The notes under the pieces were generated by a model. It saw only the letters and a program-made list of their open reading frames with translations, had not been told where the DNA came from and searched no databases. A stretch of 64,000 bases of DNA from an uncultured Candidatus Saccharibacteria bacterium (GTDB taxonomy: Bacteria > Patescibacteriota > Saccharimonadia > Saccharimonadales > Saccharimonadaceae): NCBI GenBank assembly GCA_948648655.1, contig CAPKVJ010000004.1:4832-68831 (forward strand). Reading direction: 5' to 3'. Shown here one piece after another: positions 20,969-29,815 of this stretch. The position numbers and the translations under genes are program-made. Each line of letters begins with the position of its first letter. The first letter of the stretch is position 1.

Positions 20969-21182
20969 CTATCCTCCTACTACCTATACTCTAACTAGCT
21001 AGGCAGCGGAGGGGGAAGCCGTAATACCTATTGAGATTTGCCGATGGTCTAATAGTATTATCTGCAAAGTCTAGATAATAAGCAAAATTTGCATTAGTAC
21101 CAGTAGAGATGGACCAATATTCACTATTTTGACCAGAGCCTCTTACTGTAGCATAGTCAGTCATATGCCCGCTGCGCACAAA
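20969..21182 (-). repeat. Variable C-terminal cassette 1 (FVRSG...GFPLRCLAS*), start-less
   Basis: 5' box TTTGTGCGCAGCGG (21182-21169); 3' box TTCCCCCTCCGCTGCCTAGCTAGTTAGAGTATAGGTAGTAGGAGGATAG (21017-20969); open 63-aa frame. Confidence 0.9.
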
Positions 21183-21215
21183 AAGACAGTGAATTTTGCC
21201 GAAGCCCCACTTTAC

Positions 21216-21427
21216 TTTGTGCGCAGCGGGGTAGCTAGTGTACTCGGCAAACAAGCTACAGGATTAGGGCATGGCGGCGACTATTGGTCTTCTATGGCTG
21301 ATACCAGTATCAATAATGTCTACAATTTTCTTTTTAATCAAGCCGTTAACCCCAGCTTTCCTAGTTTAAGGTATAATACTGGTCTCCCCCTCCGCTGCCT
21401 AGCTAGTTAGAGTATAGGTAGTAGGAG
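21216..21427 (+). repeat. Variable C-terminal cassette 2 (APLYFVRSG...GLPLRCLAS*), start-less
   Basis: 5' box at 21216-21229, 3' box at 21385-21427; open 64-aa frame. Confidence 0.9.
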
Positions 21428-21500
21428 AAGGATGGAGAGGGTTAAGGATATTACAAAAAAATAAGACCCACAAGGTCCTATTCAGCACTTACGCGCCAGG

Positions 21501-21575
21501 TGGTAGCGCCAGCTGGAATCGAACCAGCATTGTAGACTTAGAGGGTCTATGTCCTATCCGTTGAACGATGGCGCC
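21501..21575 (-). tRNA. tRNA-Arg(TCT)
   Basis: Acceptor GGCGCCA/TGGCGCT; anticodon arm TAGAC-CCTCTAA-GTCTA; GGTTCGATTC; CCA. Confidence 0.9.
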
Positions 21576-21655
21576 CCACGCCTATATTATAGCAATATTC
21601 CTGCAAGCAAGCAAATCATTGTACACCTAGTGGTGTTGATGCCACTCAAAAAGTC

Positions 21656-21870
21656 TTTGTGCGCAGCGGTAGAATTAGTATAGATAGTAGTCGGCTGGAT
21701 AGTCCTGGACAAGTATGTCGCTCTTGGTCCTCGATGTCCAACTCAAGTAGTTTTGGAGCTTATCATTTATACTTTGGTGGTGGTAGCATTGACTCGTCGG
21801 GCAGCAGTGGTCGTTATGGTGCCTTCCCCCTCCGCTGCCTAGCTAGTTAGAGTATAGGTAGTAGGAGGAG
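21656..21870 (+). repeat. Variable C-terminal cassette 3 (FVRSG...AFPLRCLAS*), start-less
   Basis: 5' box at 21656-21669, 3' box at ~21824-21870; open 64-aa frame. Confidence 0.9.
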
Positions 21871-21923
21871 GAAACCCCCGCCGATTCTTGGCAGGGGTGG
21901 TCCATTAGTCACTCACTATCTGA

Positions 21924-22547
21924 TTAGCTAGCGAGAAGTTGGTCGAGTCTATCGCTGTAGTTACCCGGAGTTGAAACATTAGCTATTTTAGAAGCGATTT
22001 CTAATATGGCGTACGCTGCTTTTTCGTAGCCCGACATAGGCGTGTCTGCGCTAATGTATTGAGCGAAATCTATACTTCTAAAAATTGGGATTCGGCGCGA
22101 AGCCGAGCAAAGTGCAACGCAATCCCTAAAATCAAGGTCAGACGTCCCGTCAACAAGCGGAACGTCTTTGCGGACCGCAAAACTCAATATTTCGCTAAAG
22201 TTATTTGCACGTGAGGTATCAACCACGACATCAAAGTTCGTATAGTCTACGAATACGTTGTGCAATTCCGCATAATCATGCCATTCTATACCGGGAAAAC
22301 CAGTTTGCTCAGAGCAATTTTGGGTATGGCGCAGAAAATTCTTACGCGTGACGCCAGCGACAATATTTACATTCGGGAAAAATTGTGTCATTTTGTACGC
22401 TTCACGCCCGAGTTTCCCCGTCAAGCCGCTCCAAAGCAGTCTAATTACCTTGTTGCTCTCGGCGCTATTCTCAACCTTGCTTACCTTCGTAATATTGATG
22501 TCTCCATTCATATACTCATCCTCCTTTACAATATTCTTGGGAATCAA
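21924..22547 (-). CDS. DapB (dihydrodipicolinate reductase) N-terminal-domain-like protein, apparently truncated/divergent
   Basis: GLTGKLGR, DVVVDTS, PLVDGTS resemble the DapB Rossmann domain; the substrate-binding E-x-H-H-x-x-K-x-D motif is not seen. Confidence 0.55.
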   Translation of the reverse strand: MIPKNIVKEDEYMNGDINITKVSKVENSAESNKVIRLLWSGLTGKLGREAYKMTQFFPNVNIVAGVTRKNFLRHTQNCSEQTGFPGIEWHDYAELHNVFVDYTNFDVVVDTSRANNFSEILSFAVRKDVPLVDGTSDLDFRDCVALCSASRRIPIFRSIDFAQYISADTPMSGYEKAAYAILEIASKIANVSTPGNYSDRLDQLLAS

Positions 22548-22616
22548 AAACGTTGGTACTATTTACCATTGTATCACAGATTATCTATTTTGTCAATAGT
22601 TAGTGAGTATTCGTAG

Positions 22617-23417
22617 CTATTTTACCAGTTTATAATAGATGGATGGGGCGAATCTAACAGGGGCGAGAAGCTTTTGAGCACCTTTTTCGAAACGGATGAG
22701 ATTTTTGGTACCAAAAATCTGCTTTAACTTGGCACTACGGAAGTTAGATACAGACAAAACTTCATCGATTTGGAAGCCGGATTTCTTAAAAACTCCTTCA
22801 ATATATTTCGGATGATAATTATAAAATCCATCAGCGTCGATCTCTTTGAGGTGAATAGGCTCGAGACTAAATGGATTAGCATCGGTTTTTTTCGTCCAGT
22901 AGCGGACCATGCGCGGCAAGGTGCGCTTATTAGCGACTTCAATCACAGCGACGCCACCTGGCTTCAAGATACGATATAGTTCATCGGAAACTTTTTGCAT
23001 GTCTTTGAAATGGTGCGTGGCGCGAACCATCATCAAACCGTCAAAGCTATTATCTTTGAATGGCAAAGCATAAATATCGCCAGCTTTGGTTTTGATTTTG
23101 TCGCCATAGAGATCTTTGGCCTGCTTGAGTTCAGTTTTAGAATAGTCAAAGACCGTCGCAGTCTTTGCACGAGGAATATACTCGTCGGCAAGACGACCAT
23201 AACCACCAGCAATATCTACAAACTCGTCCATATCATTCGGCAATAGACGGCGGATTGCCATGCGGTCGGCCATATCTTCGTATTTGCGATCGGCGTCTTC
23301 CCAAAAAATCTTTTTATAATCATAGCCATTATAGTCGGAAACGACTTTTGGCTGGTCATCTTTCTTCGGCTGGCTCGGCTTGACGGAACCAGACTTTTTC
23401 GCAGTTTTTTCTACCAT
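22617..23417 (-). CDS. Class I SAM-dependent methyltransferase
   Basis: VDIAGGYG, GDIYALPFKDNSFD, YRILKPGG. Confidence 0.88.
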   Translation of the reverse strand: MVEKTAKKSGSVKPSQPKKDDQPKVVSDYNGYDYKKIFWEDADRKYEDMADRMAIRRLLPNDMDEFVDIAGGYGRLADEYIPRAKTATVFDYSKTELKQAKDLYGDKIKTKAGDIYALPFKDNSFDGLMMVRATHHFKDMQKVSDELYRILKPGGVAVIEVANKRTLPRMVRYWTKKTDANPFSLEPIHLKEIDADGFYNYHPKYIEGVFKKSGFQIDEVLSVSNFRSAKLKQIFGTKNLIRFEKGAQKLLAPVRFAPSIYYKLVK

Positions 23418-23446
23418 AATTATGCCTATTATAACATGACGATGTA

Positions 23447-23824
23447 CTATCGGTGAAGTTTTGACCTTGCCGAAGTGAGGCGATAGCTTAAATCAATGAG
23501 AGTTTTGAGTTCGGACTCGTCGCATGAGCCGTCGAGCAAAATTGTAATCCAATGACGCTTGTTTATATGGTAAGCGGGAAGGATGCCGGGATGAGTAATG
23601 GCTTCGTCAATGAGATCGGGGTCAAATTTTAGATTAATGAAATCAACATCGCCGGGCTTGTTGAGGTTTAAAGTCTTATATCTGACATTAGCAATAAGTG
23701 CAAACCATTTACGGTTGTCGGCGTGACGAAAAACGGTATAATCTGGAGTATCCGCCCAAGGGTAATCTTGGATGATGCTACCAAAATTGGCATGAATGAA
23801 ATCTTCGGTTGCGCGACGGTTCAT
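23447..23824 (-). CDS. MmcQ/YjbR family DNA-binding protein
   Basis: KWFAL, NLKFDP, PAYHINKRHWITI, LIDLSYRLT. Confidence 0.88.
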   Translation of the reverse strand: MNRRATEDFIHANFGSIIQDYPWADTPDYTVFRHADNRKWFALIANVRYKTLNLNKPGDVDFINLKFDPDLIDEAITHPGILPAYHINKRHWITILLDGSCDESELKTLIDLSYRLTSARSKLHR

Positions 23825-23854
23825 TACGTACGATTATATAGCAAAACCAAAAGC

Positions 23855-24034
23855 CTATGAAGCGAAATACCAAATACAAATTGCAACAAAACCACCGAAC
23901 AATATAAGCGAAATAATGAAACAAACCACAATGACAGCAAAAGCCCCATTGCTGACTTCCCGATTAGGATGCTTGGTAGCGTCTTTGCCCATCTCGTAGA
24001 GCCAGTATGGATCGAAGGGAGAGTTGTTTGACAT
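23855..24034 (-). CDS. Small membrane protein, 59 aa (paralog of 26967-27146)
   Basis: Manual translation MSNNSPFDPYWLYEMGKDATKHPNREVSNGAFAVIVVCFIISLILFGGFVAICIWYFAS; colinear paralog inside the island. Confidence 0.75.
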   Translation of the reverse strand: MSNNSPFDPYWLYEMGKDATKHPNREVSNGAFAVIVVCFIISLILFGGFVAICIWYFAS

Positions 24035-24112
24035 CTTGTTCTTATTTTACATTAAATGATTTGAGAGTAGAAGTGTCGAGAATAAAATTGGAGTTATGAC
24101 GTGAAGTTTATT

Positions 24113-24194
24113 AAAATAAGACCACCGCTCTCTGTAAACCTGAGTTTGATGGTCTTATTTCTGTGGGTAAAACTCAACATTTTGTGAATGGTGA
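24113..24194. repeat. 82-bp imperfect direct repeat (left attachment region), copy 1
   Basis: AAAATAAGACCACCGCTCTCT...TTGTGAATGGTGA matches 31369-31450, ending in the complement of the tRNA-Lys 3' TCACCA. Confidence 0.9.
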
Positions 24195-24508
24195 AGCAGA
24201 ACACAGTTTTCTAGAAACCCCGAAAATGGTAGCAAAAGTGCTTTATGACAATACGAACCACATACATTATGTATTGCCAACGATTAAGCAACACGACATG
24301 ATTGCTATTATGTCAAAAGTTGACTATATACTATAAAAATAGGAGTGTTCTGGTGATTATTTAAGAATACTCCTATTGTCACAACTATCTACCAGTAGAG
24401 ACTAGAAACTAACTATAAATAACTAACCAAGGGCAATGGGAAAACTAGTAGTAGAGAACAAAACACCATTTTGGGAAAAATTAGTGTAGAGTGAGAACCA
24501 TTATATTT

Positions 24509-25303
24509 CTACATTAAGTATCGGTCCAGTATCGAGCGCCCCCAAACTATGCCCGATTGTGTATCTAGAATATTATTTGCACTAGTATTATCATTTTGAT
24601 CGTTTCTTAATATTTCTCCACCCCCAACTAATCTTCCAGAATATATACCTACAAAACATCTTGCTTGACTGCCGTTCCATATCATATTCCCGTGAACATC
24701 AGTATACATCCCATTCTTAATCATTACCACTGGAGAGCCGGACATTCCTTGCTTCGTTGTAGCATCAACTAGGAAGCAATCTGTTCCAGCGTAAAGTGGT
24801 CTTCGTGGGTTCGAGGCAATAACGCCGTGTTTTAAAATCGGTGCAACATAATCGCTTGAGCTTCGTCTCCCGAATGGATAACCAACTATGTATACATCTT
24901 CACCAGTAATTAATGGGAGCTCCGCATTACTAAAACTGTTTACATCAATCCAACCTTCTTCTTGCAGTAATTGATATTGTGTAGTAGAGAGTGGTATAGC
25001 AGCAACATCGGTATCATCTCCACACTCTATCCAATTGGTCCCAGTATTTGGTAAAATATTAATTTCCAATAATGTTTCTCTCCCATTACGCTTTGGTATG
25101 GAAATATGGGTAGGTAGTTTAATTGGACAAGGAGAATTAACATGCATCCCATTTTTTACTTCTTTACCACTATAAACGTGCCAATTTGAGATCAGGTGTT
25201 GACCGAATAGAAAACCAGTTGCTGATGCTAATACTTCAGTGTTAGCATCAGCTTTATAAAGTGGCTCTAAATAGATACCAAGATTCTCGAAACAATCTCC
25301 CAT
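24509..25303 (-). CDS. Trypsin-like serine protease domain protein
   Basis: ATGF, ISNWHV (His), DVAAI (Asp), IVGYP, GMSGSPV (Ser). Confidence 0.85.
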   Translation of the reverse strand: MGDCFENLGIYLEPLYKADANTEVLASATGFLFGQHLISNWHVYSGKEVKNGMHVNSPCPIKLPTHISIPKRNGRETLLEINILPNTGTNWIECGDDTDVAAIPLSTTQYQLLQEEGWIDVNSFSNAELPLITGEDVYIVGYPFGRRSSSDYVAPILKHGVIASNPRRPLYAGTDCFLVDATTKQGMSGSPVVMIKNGMYTDVHGNMIWNGSQARCFVGIYSGRLVGGGEILRNDQNDNTSANNILDTQSGIVWGRSILDRYLM

Positions 25304-25487
25304 TACAGTTATTATAGCATAAAACTAATACCCCTCCCCCTATATTTTGATAACCACCCTAAGTTCTTACTTTGGAACCATGCTGAAAGGTTTAGTTTTT
25401 ACTACGTCTCCTTTTGGCGACTGAAGACTGGCATAAGCAATTTGACAAAGAATGATAATTATTTCTTTTTGTGGTATACTAACACCA

Positions 25488-26230
25488 TGGATAGTATAGT
25501 TGAGTTTCTTAAGAGGCGAGCCACTTCTACTTTCTTGGTGTCATATACGGCTTTTTGGCTAATGTATCACTGGGAGGGGTTTGCGACATTATTCGCTACT
25601 AGCCAAGAATACATCATGTCGCAATACGATATGCTTAAAAACGAATACTTGGCAAAATACTTTTTTGGACTCATACGACTAGAAGACTGGGATTGGGGTA
25701 TTTTCATATGGAAAGCACTAGGATACTTAATACCAGCAATATTAGCGTATGTCTATGTTTGGTGGCTACCAAAATGGGTCTTGAATCCATGCTACAGAAA
25801 AGAGGTATATTATAAGATTGAAAGAAGGATTATTAAAAACGAAGCGGAGAGGCGGCTTAACGAGTCGGAAACACAAAAAGTCGAATCCAAGAGAGAACTA
25901 TTGCAAAAACAAGAGGAAGTTAATAATATTAGCCCTGAAGAGGAGTGGAAATTAAGCTTTGAGGAATGTCAGTCCAAAAATGGTGTTTTGTTGATGGATA
26001 CGCTTAATGAGCTCAAAGAGGTTGTTTATAATAACTCAGGCTATCTTAAAGATATTGATAGTGGTCATAACATAATGACCAGCGAGGAGCTTATGCTATG
26101 CGACACATACGAATTAATTAAGTTTGAAAGAAATAAGACAACCGGCAAAGTTAACGGCTATATTTCTCTAACCGAAAAAGGTAGATTTTTCTTAAAAGAA
26201 GGAGCTGAGTTCTCTCCTTCTGATGAGTGA
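25488..26230 (+). CDS. Hypothetical membrane protein (2 TM + coiled coil + C-terminal wHTH-like end)
   Basis: Probable ATG at 25488 after TATACT; ends ...ISLTEKGRFFL. Confidence 0.65.
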
Positions 26231-26413
26231 ACCCAATTTTCCCACATTTTCTTAAACATTCAGGGTTTCTGTATAGGAAAACTCTCTTTACTGATTTGTG
26301 GCATAAGTATAGGAAATACTGGGGTTGAGTAAGGTTTGGCTGGGTTAGCGTTTGGTGAGTTCGGGTTTTTGCCAAAAAATGCTTTTGGCCTTTGGTGATA
26401 TAGTGAAAGCATT

Positions 26414-26977
26414 ATGGCACGACCTAGCAAATACACTCCCGAACTCACCAAACGCATCAAGCAATACATCTCCGATGGGCTGACTGTGCGTGATGCTTGT
26501 TATGGAGTTGGAATATCAGAAGATACATTTTGTCGTTGGCGCAGAGAAAAGCCTGAGTTTGCTAAGCTAGTGCAAGAAGCGACCGAGGCCCAATGTTGGA
26601 GTAGTGCTGGTTTAGCACGCACGAGTGAATACCGACGCTATCAGAGGCGGCTAAAACGTTCTCAGACACAACCGGAAAGCCAAAAAGGCTCAGATACTCA
26701 CCTCTGCACAGAAAATGCCCTTATAACGGCTCTAAAAGCCCCACAGGGCTATTCTAGCAGTAGCGACTTAGTCTCATCTAGCTTTGGTGCGAAGCTAGAA
26801 ACTAGAACTGGTCCACCGACTAATGATTTTGGTGAGCTAGTGTGCTGTGATGCCTACTATAATCCAAAGACCAACAAAGTAGAGTGGGTAGAGCGAGAAA
26901 CATATGGCAGACCGATATTCCATCGTTGTAGCGTGGAGAAGTGGCAGGAGCGAATGATAGCTAAGGCTATGTGGTAA
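26414..26977 (+). CDS. HTH protein resembling phage terminase small-subunit N-terminus
   Basis: MARPSKYTPEL...GLTVRDACYGVGISEDTFCRWRREKPEF. Confidence 0.6.
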   Translation: MARPSKYTPELTKRIKQYISDGLTVRDACYGVGISEDTFCRWRREKPEFAKLVQEATEAQCWSSAGLARTSEYRRYQRRLKRSQTQPESQKGSDTHLCTENALITALKAPQGYSSSSDLVSSSFGAKLETRTGPPTNDFGELVCCDAYYNPKTNKVEWVERETYGRPIFHRCSVEKWQERMIAKAMW

Positions 26978-27146
26978 AAATACAAACACAGACTGCAACG
27001 CCAATACCAAACAAGATAAGTCCAATAATTAGGCAAAACACAAGCATGGCAAAAGCCCCATTACCGATTTTCTGATGGGGGTGCTTGGCAGCATCTTTAC
27101 CCATCTCGTAATACCACCAAGGCGAAAAAGGAGAGTCATTTGTCAT
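26967..27146 (-). CDS. Small membrane protein, 59 aa (paralog of 23855-24034)
   Basis: Manual translation MTNDSPFSPWWYYEMGKDAAKHPHQKIGNGAFAMLVFCLIIGLILFGIGVAVCVCIFTT. Confidence 0.75.
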   Translation of the reverse strand: MTNDSPFSPWWYYEMGKDAAKHPHQKIGNGAFAMLVFCLIIGLILFGIGVAVCVCIFTT

Positions 27147-27158
27147 CTTATCTCTATT

Positions 27159-28289
27159 TTACATCAAGTGGTTTGATTTGAGATTGTTGTGTCGTTTACA
27201 TAGCATCTGGCAATTATCTAGGGATGTTTTGCCGCCTTTGCTCCATGGTATAATGTGGTCGCCTTCCATTTCTTCAAATGCATATGTTGCGTCGATATGT
27301 TTTCCTCCTTGCTCTATGTCGCAATATGGACAATGCCCGTTTTGCCGTTCGTAAACCGTGCGCTTGATAGCATTATCGAAAGCCCGTAGGTTCAGAGACT
27401 TTTCTTGACCATACAAAACATATTCGTAGATACCAGGTTTTGACTGAACCTCATCATCTGTCATCAAACTTTTCACTTGCTCCTCAAGTTTGTTTGCATC
27501 AAAAGCTTGCTCTTTGAAATCATTATAAAACCTACCCCAGTCTAGACCCTTCATTTCAGAACGGTAAACTGGAAATGTTGAACGCACCCAGGCGATAATG
27601 TTCTCAAAATAGCTCCAAAGTGCGCTAGCCTCAACATCCCTCTTCTTATGTTGCGCCATATACTCCTTCACATCGCCCCTACTGGCCCACTTTAACACCT
27701 TCGCCAAATAGTCTTGACGCTCAACTACTCCTTTCATATAGTCTTTGCCTAGGCCATATGCAGCACATTTTGGCTTACTGAAATATCGACGAGCATCCGT
27801 TAACCATTCACCATTATAGGTAGCATTGAGCATTTCTTGCTCATTTAGAGCTAATCCGTTGATGTTGATAGTGCGAAACCAGTTGTATATCTCGTCCTCG
27901 GTGCCATCACAAATACACACTTCTAGTGGATAGTTCAAGATTTGCTCTTGCTCGTTTTCTGGCAGTGTGTCGAAATACATTTTCTCGCCATTCTGGTTTA
28001 TGATAGCAAACTTATAATCAAGGTAGCGACAAATAGAGAGCGTGCGCTGTTGCCCGTCGAGGAGGTCAAAGTGGTCGCCATTAGCAACCCAATACATAAT
28101 GTTCAAAGGTCGCTCGTGCATCACCGTGTCAATCACTTTGCGTTGTCGTTCGTCATCATAGATAAACTCACGCTGATATTTTGGGCGTATATCGAGTTTG
28201 CCACCAAACCCTACTACGCCTTCCCAATCGTAGTCTTGGTAACCATCAAATAGTTGCCTTATAGTTATATTCTGTCTAGTAGTCTTCAT
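27159..28289 (-). CDS. DUF262 (ParB-like) + HNH endonuclease, putative restriction enzyme (GmrSD-like architecture)
   Basis: RPKYQREF, LLDGQQRT, FRTIN; C-terminal CPYC...GDHIIPWSKGG...NCQMLCKRHN. Confidence 0.88.
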   Translation of the reverse strand: MKTTRQNITIRQLFDGYQDYDWEGVVGFGGKLDIRPKYQREFIYDDERQRKVIDTVMHERPLNIMYWVANGDHFDLLDGQQRTLSICRYLDYKFAIINQNGEKMYFDTLPENEQEQILNYPLEVCICDGTEDEIYNWFRTININGLALNEQEMLNATYNGEWLTDARRYFSKPKCAAYGLGKDYMKGVVERQDYLAKVLKWASRGDVKEYMAQHKKRDVEASALWSYFENIIAWVRSTFPVYRSEMKGLDWGRFYNDFKEQAFDANKLEEQVKSLMTDDEVQSKPGIYEYVLYGQEKSLNLRAFDNAIKRTVYERQNGHCPYCDIEQGGKHIDATYAFEEMEGDHIIPWSKGGKTSLDNCQMLCKRHNNLKSNHLM

Positions 28290-29329
28290 TCGTTCTCCTT
28301 TCTCCTAATTGTTATTCTGGCATATACCGAATGAACATATTCTTTGGTTTGCTCGTTGTAAAGAAAATTACCTCTCGCCGATTTTCCAGATAATACTGGG
28401 TTTCCGTTTGCCTTGTTGCCAGATGCTCCAGTATAGGTCAAATCTTGTCGCATCTCCTTGAAGTCTCCGTAATACCTAAGGTTCGGTATGCCAGCCTGCT
28501 CATCCGTGCTTGACTGAAGCAGACCAAGTATCTCAAACTGTTCTGGGTTATAATTATCGAGAAATGTAATAGGCACACCCATCACACCAAAGTAATCTTT
28601 TGGAATAGACTTTACTTTGTCGACTTCAATGGCATCGTAGTTGTCGTAATGTGGGAACTTTTCTGGAGTGTAGCTCTCGTATAAAATCATATCTTCGTGG
28701 CGTTTTGTGGTGTCCAAATTAGTCCACCAACGGCAAAGTCCTGACATATTGGTGGTCTCAGTGCCATCTGGTCGAACAAACTTATTGGGAACGGTATAAC
28801 CTAGCCATACTTTATTATTCGCTAGTAGAGGAAATACATCTTTGTAAGTGATAGCGTTCTTATTTCCAATGATGAGAAACTTTTTCCGATATTGTATTAG
28901 CTGCTGGATATACTCACGGAATAGTGAAAAAGGAGGATTGGTGCAAACGATGTCGGCCTCTTTTAGTAGTTCGATACACTCTGCACTCCGAAAATCTCCA
29001 CCTTCTTGAAGGTCAATTTTCTCACATTTATCTTTCCCCGTAATCTCGATACGATAGCCCACTCGATGCATTGGGTCTAACCAAGCTTGTGTGAAAAGGT
29101 CAGATTTTACATAGCGAGTGCAAATGAGCTTTTTCAGACCATAGTGGTCAAAATTGAGCTTAAAAAAGTCCGAGAACGCACTTTCGGCTGGGTCGTCGCA
29201 GTTGCAATACACAACTTTACTCCTAAACTGGTCTCGGTAATGGTTCAGCTCTGCTTGAATGTCGTCATAACGAGTGTAGAACTCATTATCTTTGGCTTTC
29301 TTAGCCTTATCTAATGATATGTTTGCCAT
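28286..29329 (-). CDS. Adenine-specific DNA methyltransferase, EcoRI family
   Basis: KDNEFYT, VYCNCDDP, GDFRS, TNPPFSLFREY, GVMGVPITFLD; 4-bp overlap with the nuclease gene. Confidence 0.9.
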   Translation of the reverse strand: MANISLDKAKKAKDNEFYTRYDDIQAELNHYRDQFRSKVVYCNCDDPAESAFSDFFKLNFDHYGLKKLICTRYVKSDLFTQAWLDPMHRVGYRIEITGKDKCEKIDLQEGGDFRSAECIELLKEADIVCTNPPFSLFREYIQQLIQYRKKFLIIGNKNAITYKDVFPLLANNKVWLGYTVPNKFVRPDGTETTNMSGLCRWWTNLDTTKRHEDMILYESYTPEKFPHYDNYDAIEVDKVKSIPKDYFGVMGVPITFLDNYNPEQFEILGLLQSSTDEQAGIPNLRYYGDFKEMRQDLTYTGASGNKANGNPVLSGKSARGNFLYNEQTKEYVHSVYARITIRRKENE

Positions 29330-29497
29330 AGTAGTTTACCAACCGTTAGTTGGGCGCTACTTTTGGAGTTTTCTCAAACAAAAGAAGCGACCATTTGCTA
29401 TTAGTTGGTAAACTACAACTCTTACTTAAAGCAGAGCGAGCAAATGGCCGCAAACTTCCTACTTTAAGTAAAAATTGAATTGTAGTTTACCGCTTCT
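29330..29497 (-). promoter_or_regulatory. Structured 5' leader (long stem, pseudoknot, alternative anti-start pairing) of the MTase operon
   Basis: Interleaved inverted repeats 29407-18/29480-91, 29422-31/29462-71, 29387-99/29439-51, 29331-43/29404-16; extended -10 TGGTATAAT at ~29499-29507. Confidence 0.65.
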
Positions 29498-29644
29498 AAT
29501 TATACCACAAAACGAGCCACATAAGATGCTTGCAAGAGACGCTCTCACACTAGCTTAAGAAAACCCGTCATTTTAGCTAGCGTGTAAAAACACGCTAGTA
29601 TTTCCACGCTATAATGATGAGATAATTAAACGGAGTAAGAATAA

Positions 29645-29815
29645 ATGAATAACAACTGGAATGATTTTCTTGGTAGTCAGGCAGGAGATGCCATAGCTGA
29701 TAGTATTGGCGCCTTGCGTGATGCAAACATTAGCCGTAGTGCTGATGGTCCAGGTTGCAATGAGCAAGTTATTAACGGCATTCCAACTAAGTTAGGAAAC
29801 TCTAGGAATGTTTGA
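29645..29815 (+). CDS. Small ORF (56 aa) overlapping recombinase start
   Basis: MNNNWNDFLGSQAGDAIADS...GNSRNV*; GGAG SD and TATAAT upstream; stop overlaps recombinase ATG region. Confidence 0.5.
   Translation: MNNNWNDFLGSQAGDAIADSIGALRDANISRSADGPGCNEQVINGIPTKLGNSRNV

Noticed and set aside
20791..20994. 67-aa ORF
   Set aside because: Overlaps tRNA-Glu and the cassette 3' box; spurious.
20991..21410. ORF-track proteins 20991-21254 (-) and 21129-21410 (+) as real full-length genes
   Set aside because: Their N-termini are just the antisense of the neighbouring cassette, with TTG starts and no SD. Only the FVRSG...CLAS parts look meaningful.
20969..21870. CRISPR array
   Set aside because: Two different boxes, mixed orientation, ~155-nt coding 'spacers', a tRNA between copies and no cas genes.
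21924..21940. DapB-like ORF ending in LLAS* as a fifth cassette
   Set aside because: Only LAS is shared; neither nucleotide box is present.
26320..26370. GGTT-rich short repeats as iterons or origin
   Set aside because: Too degenerate to define a unit; no Rep gene visible.
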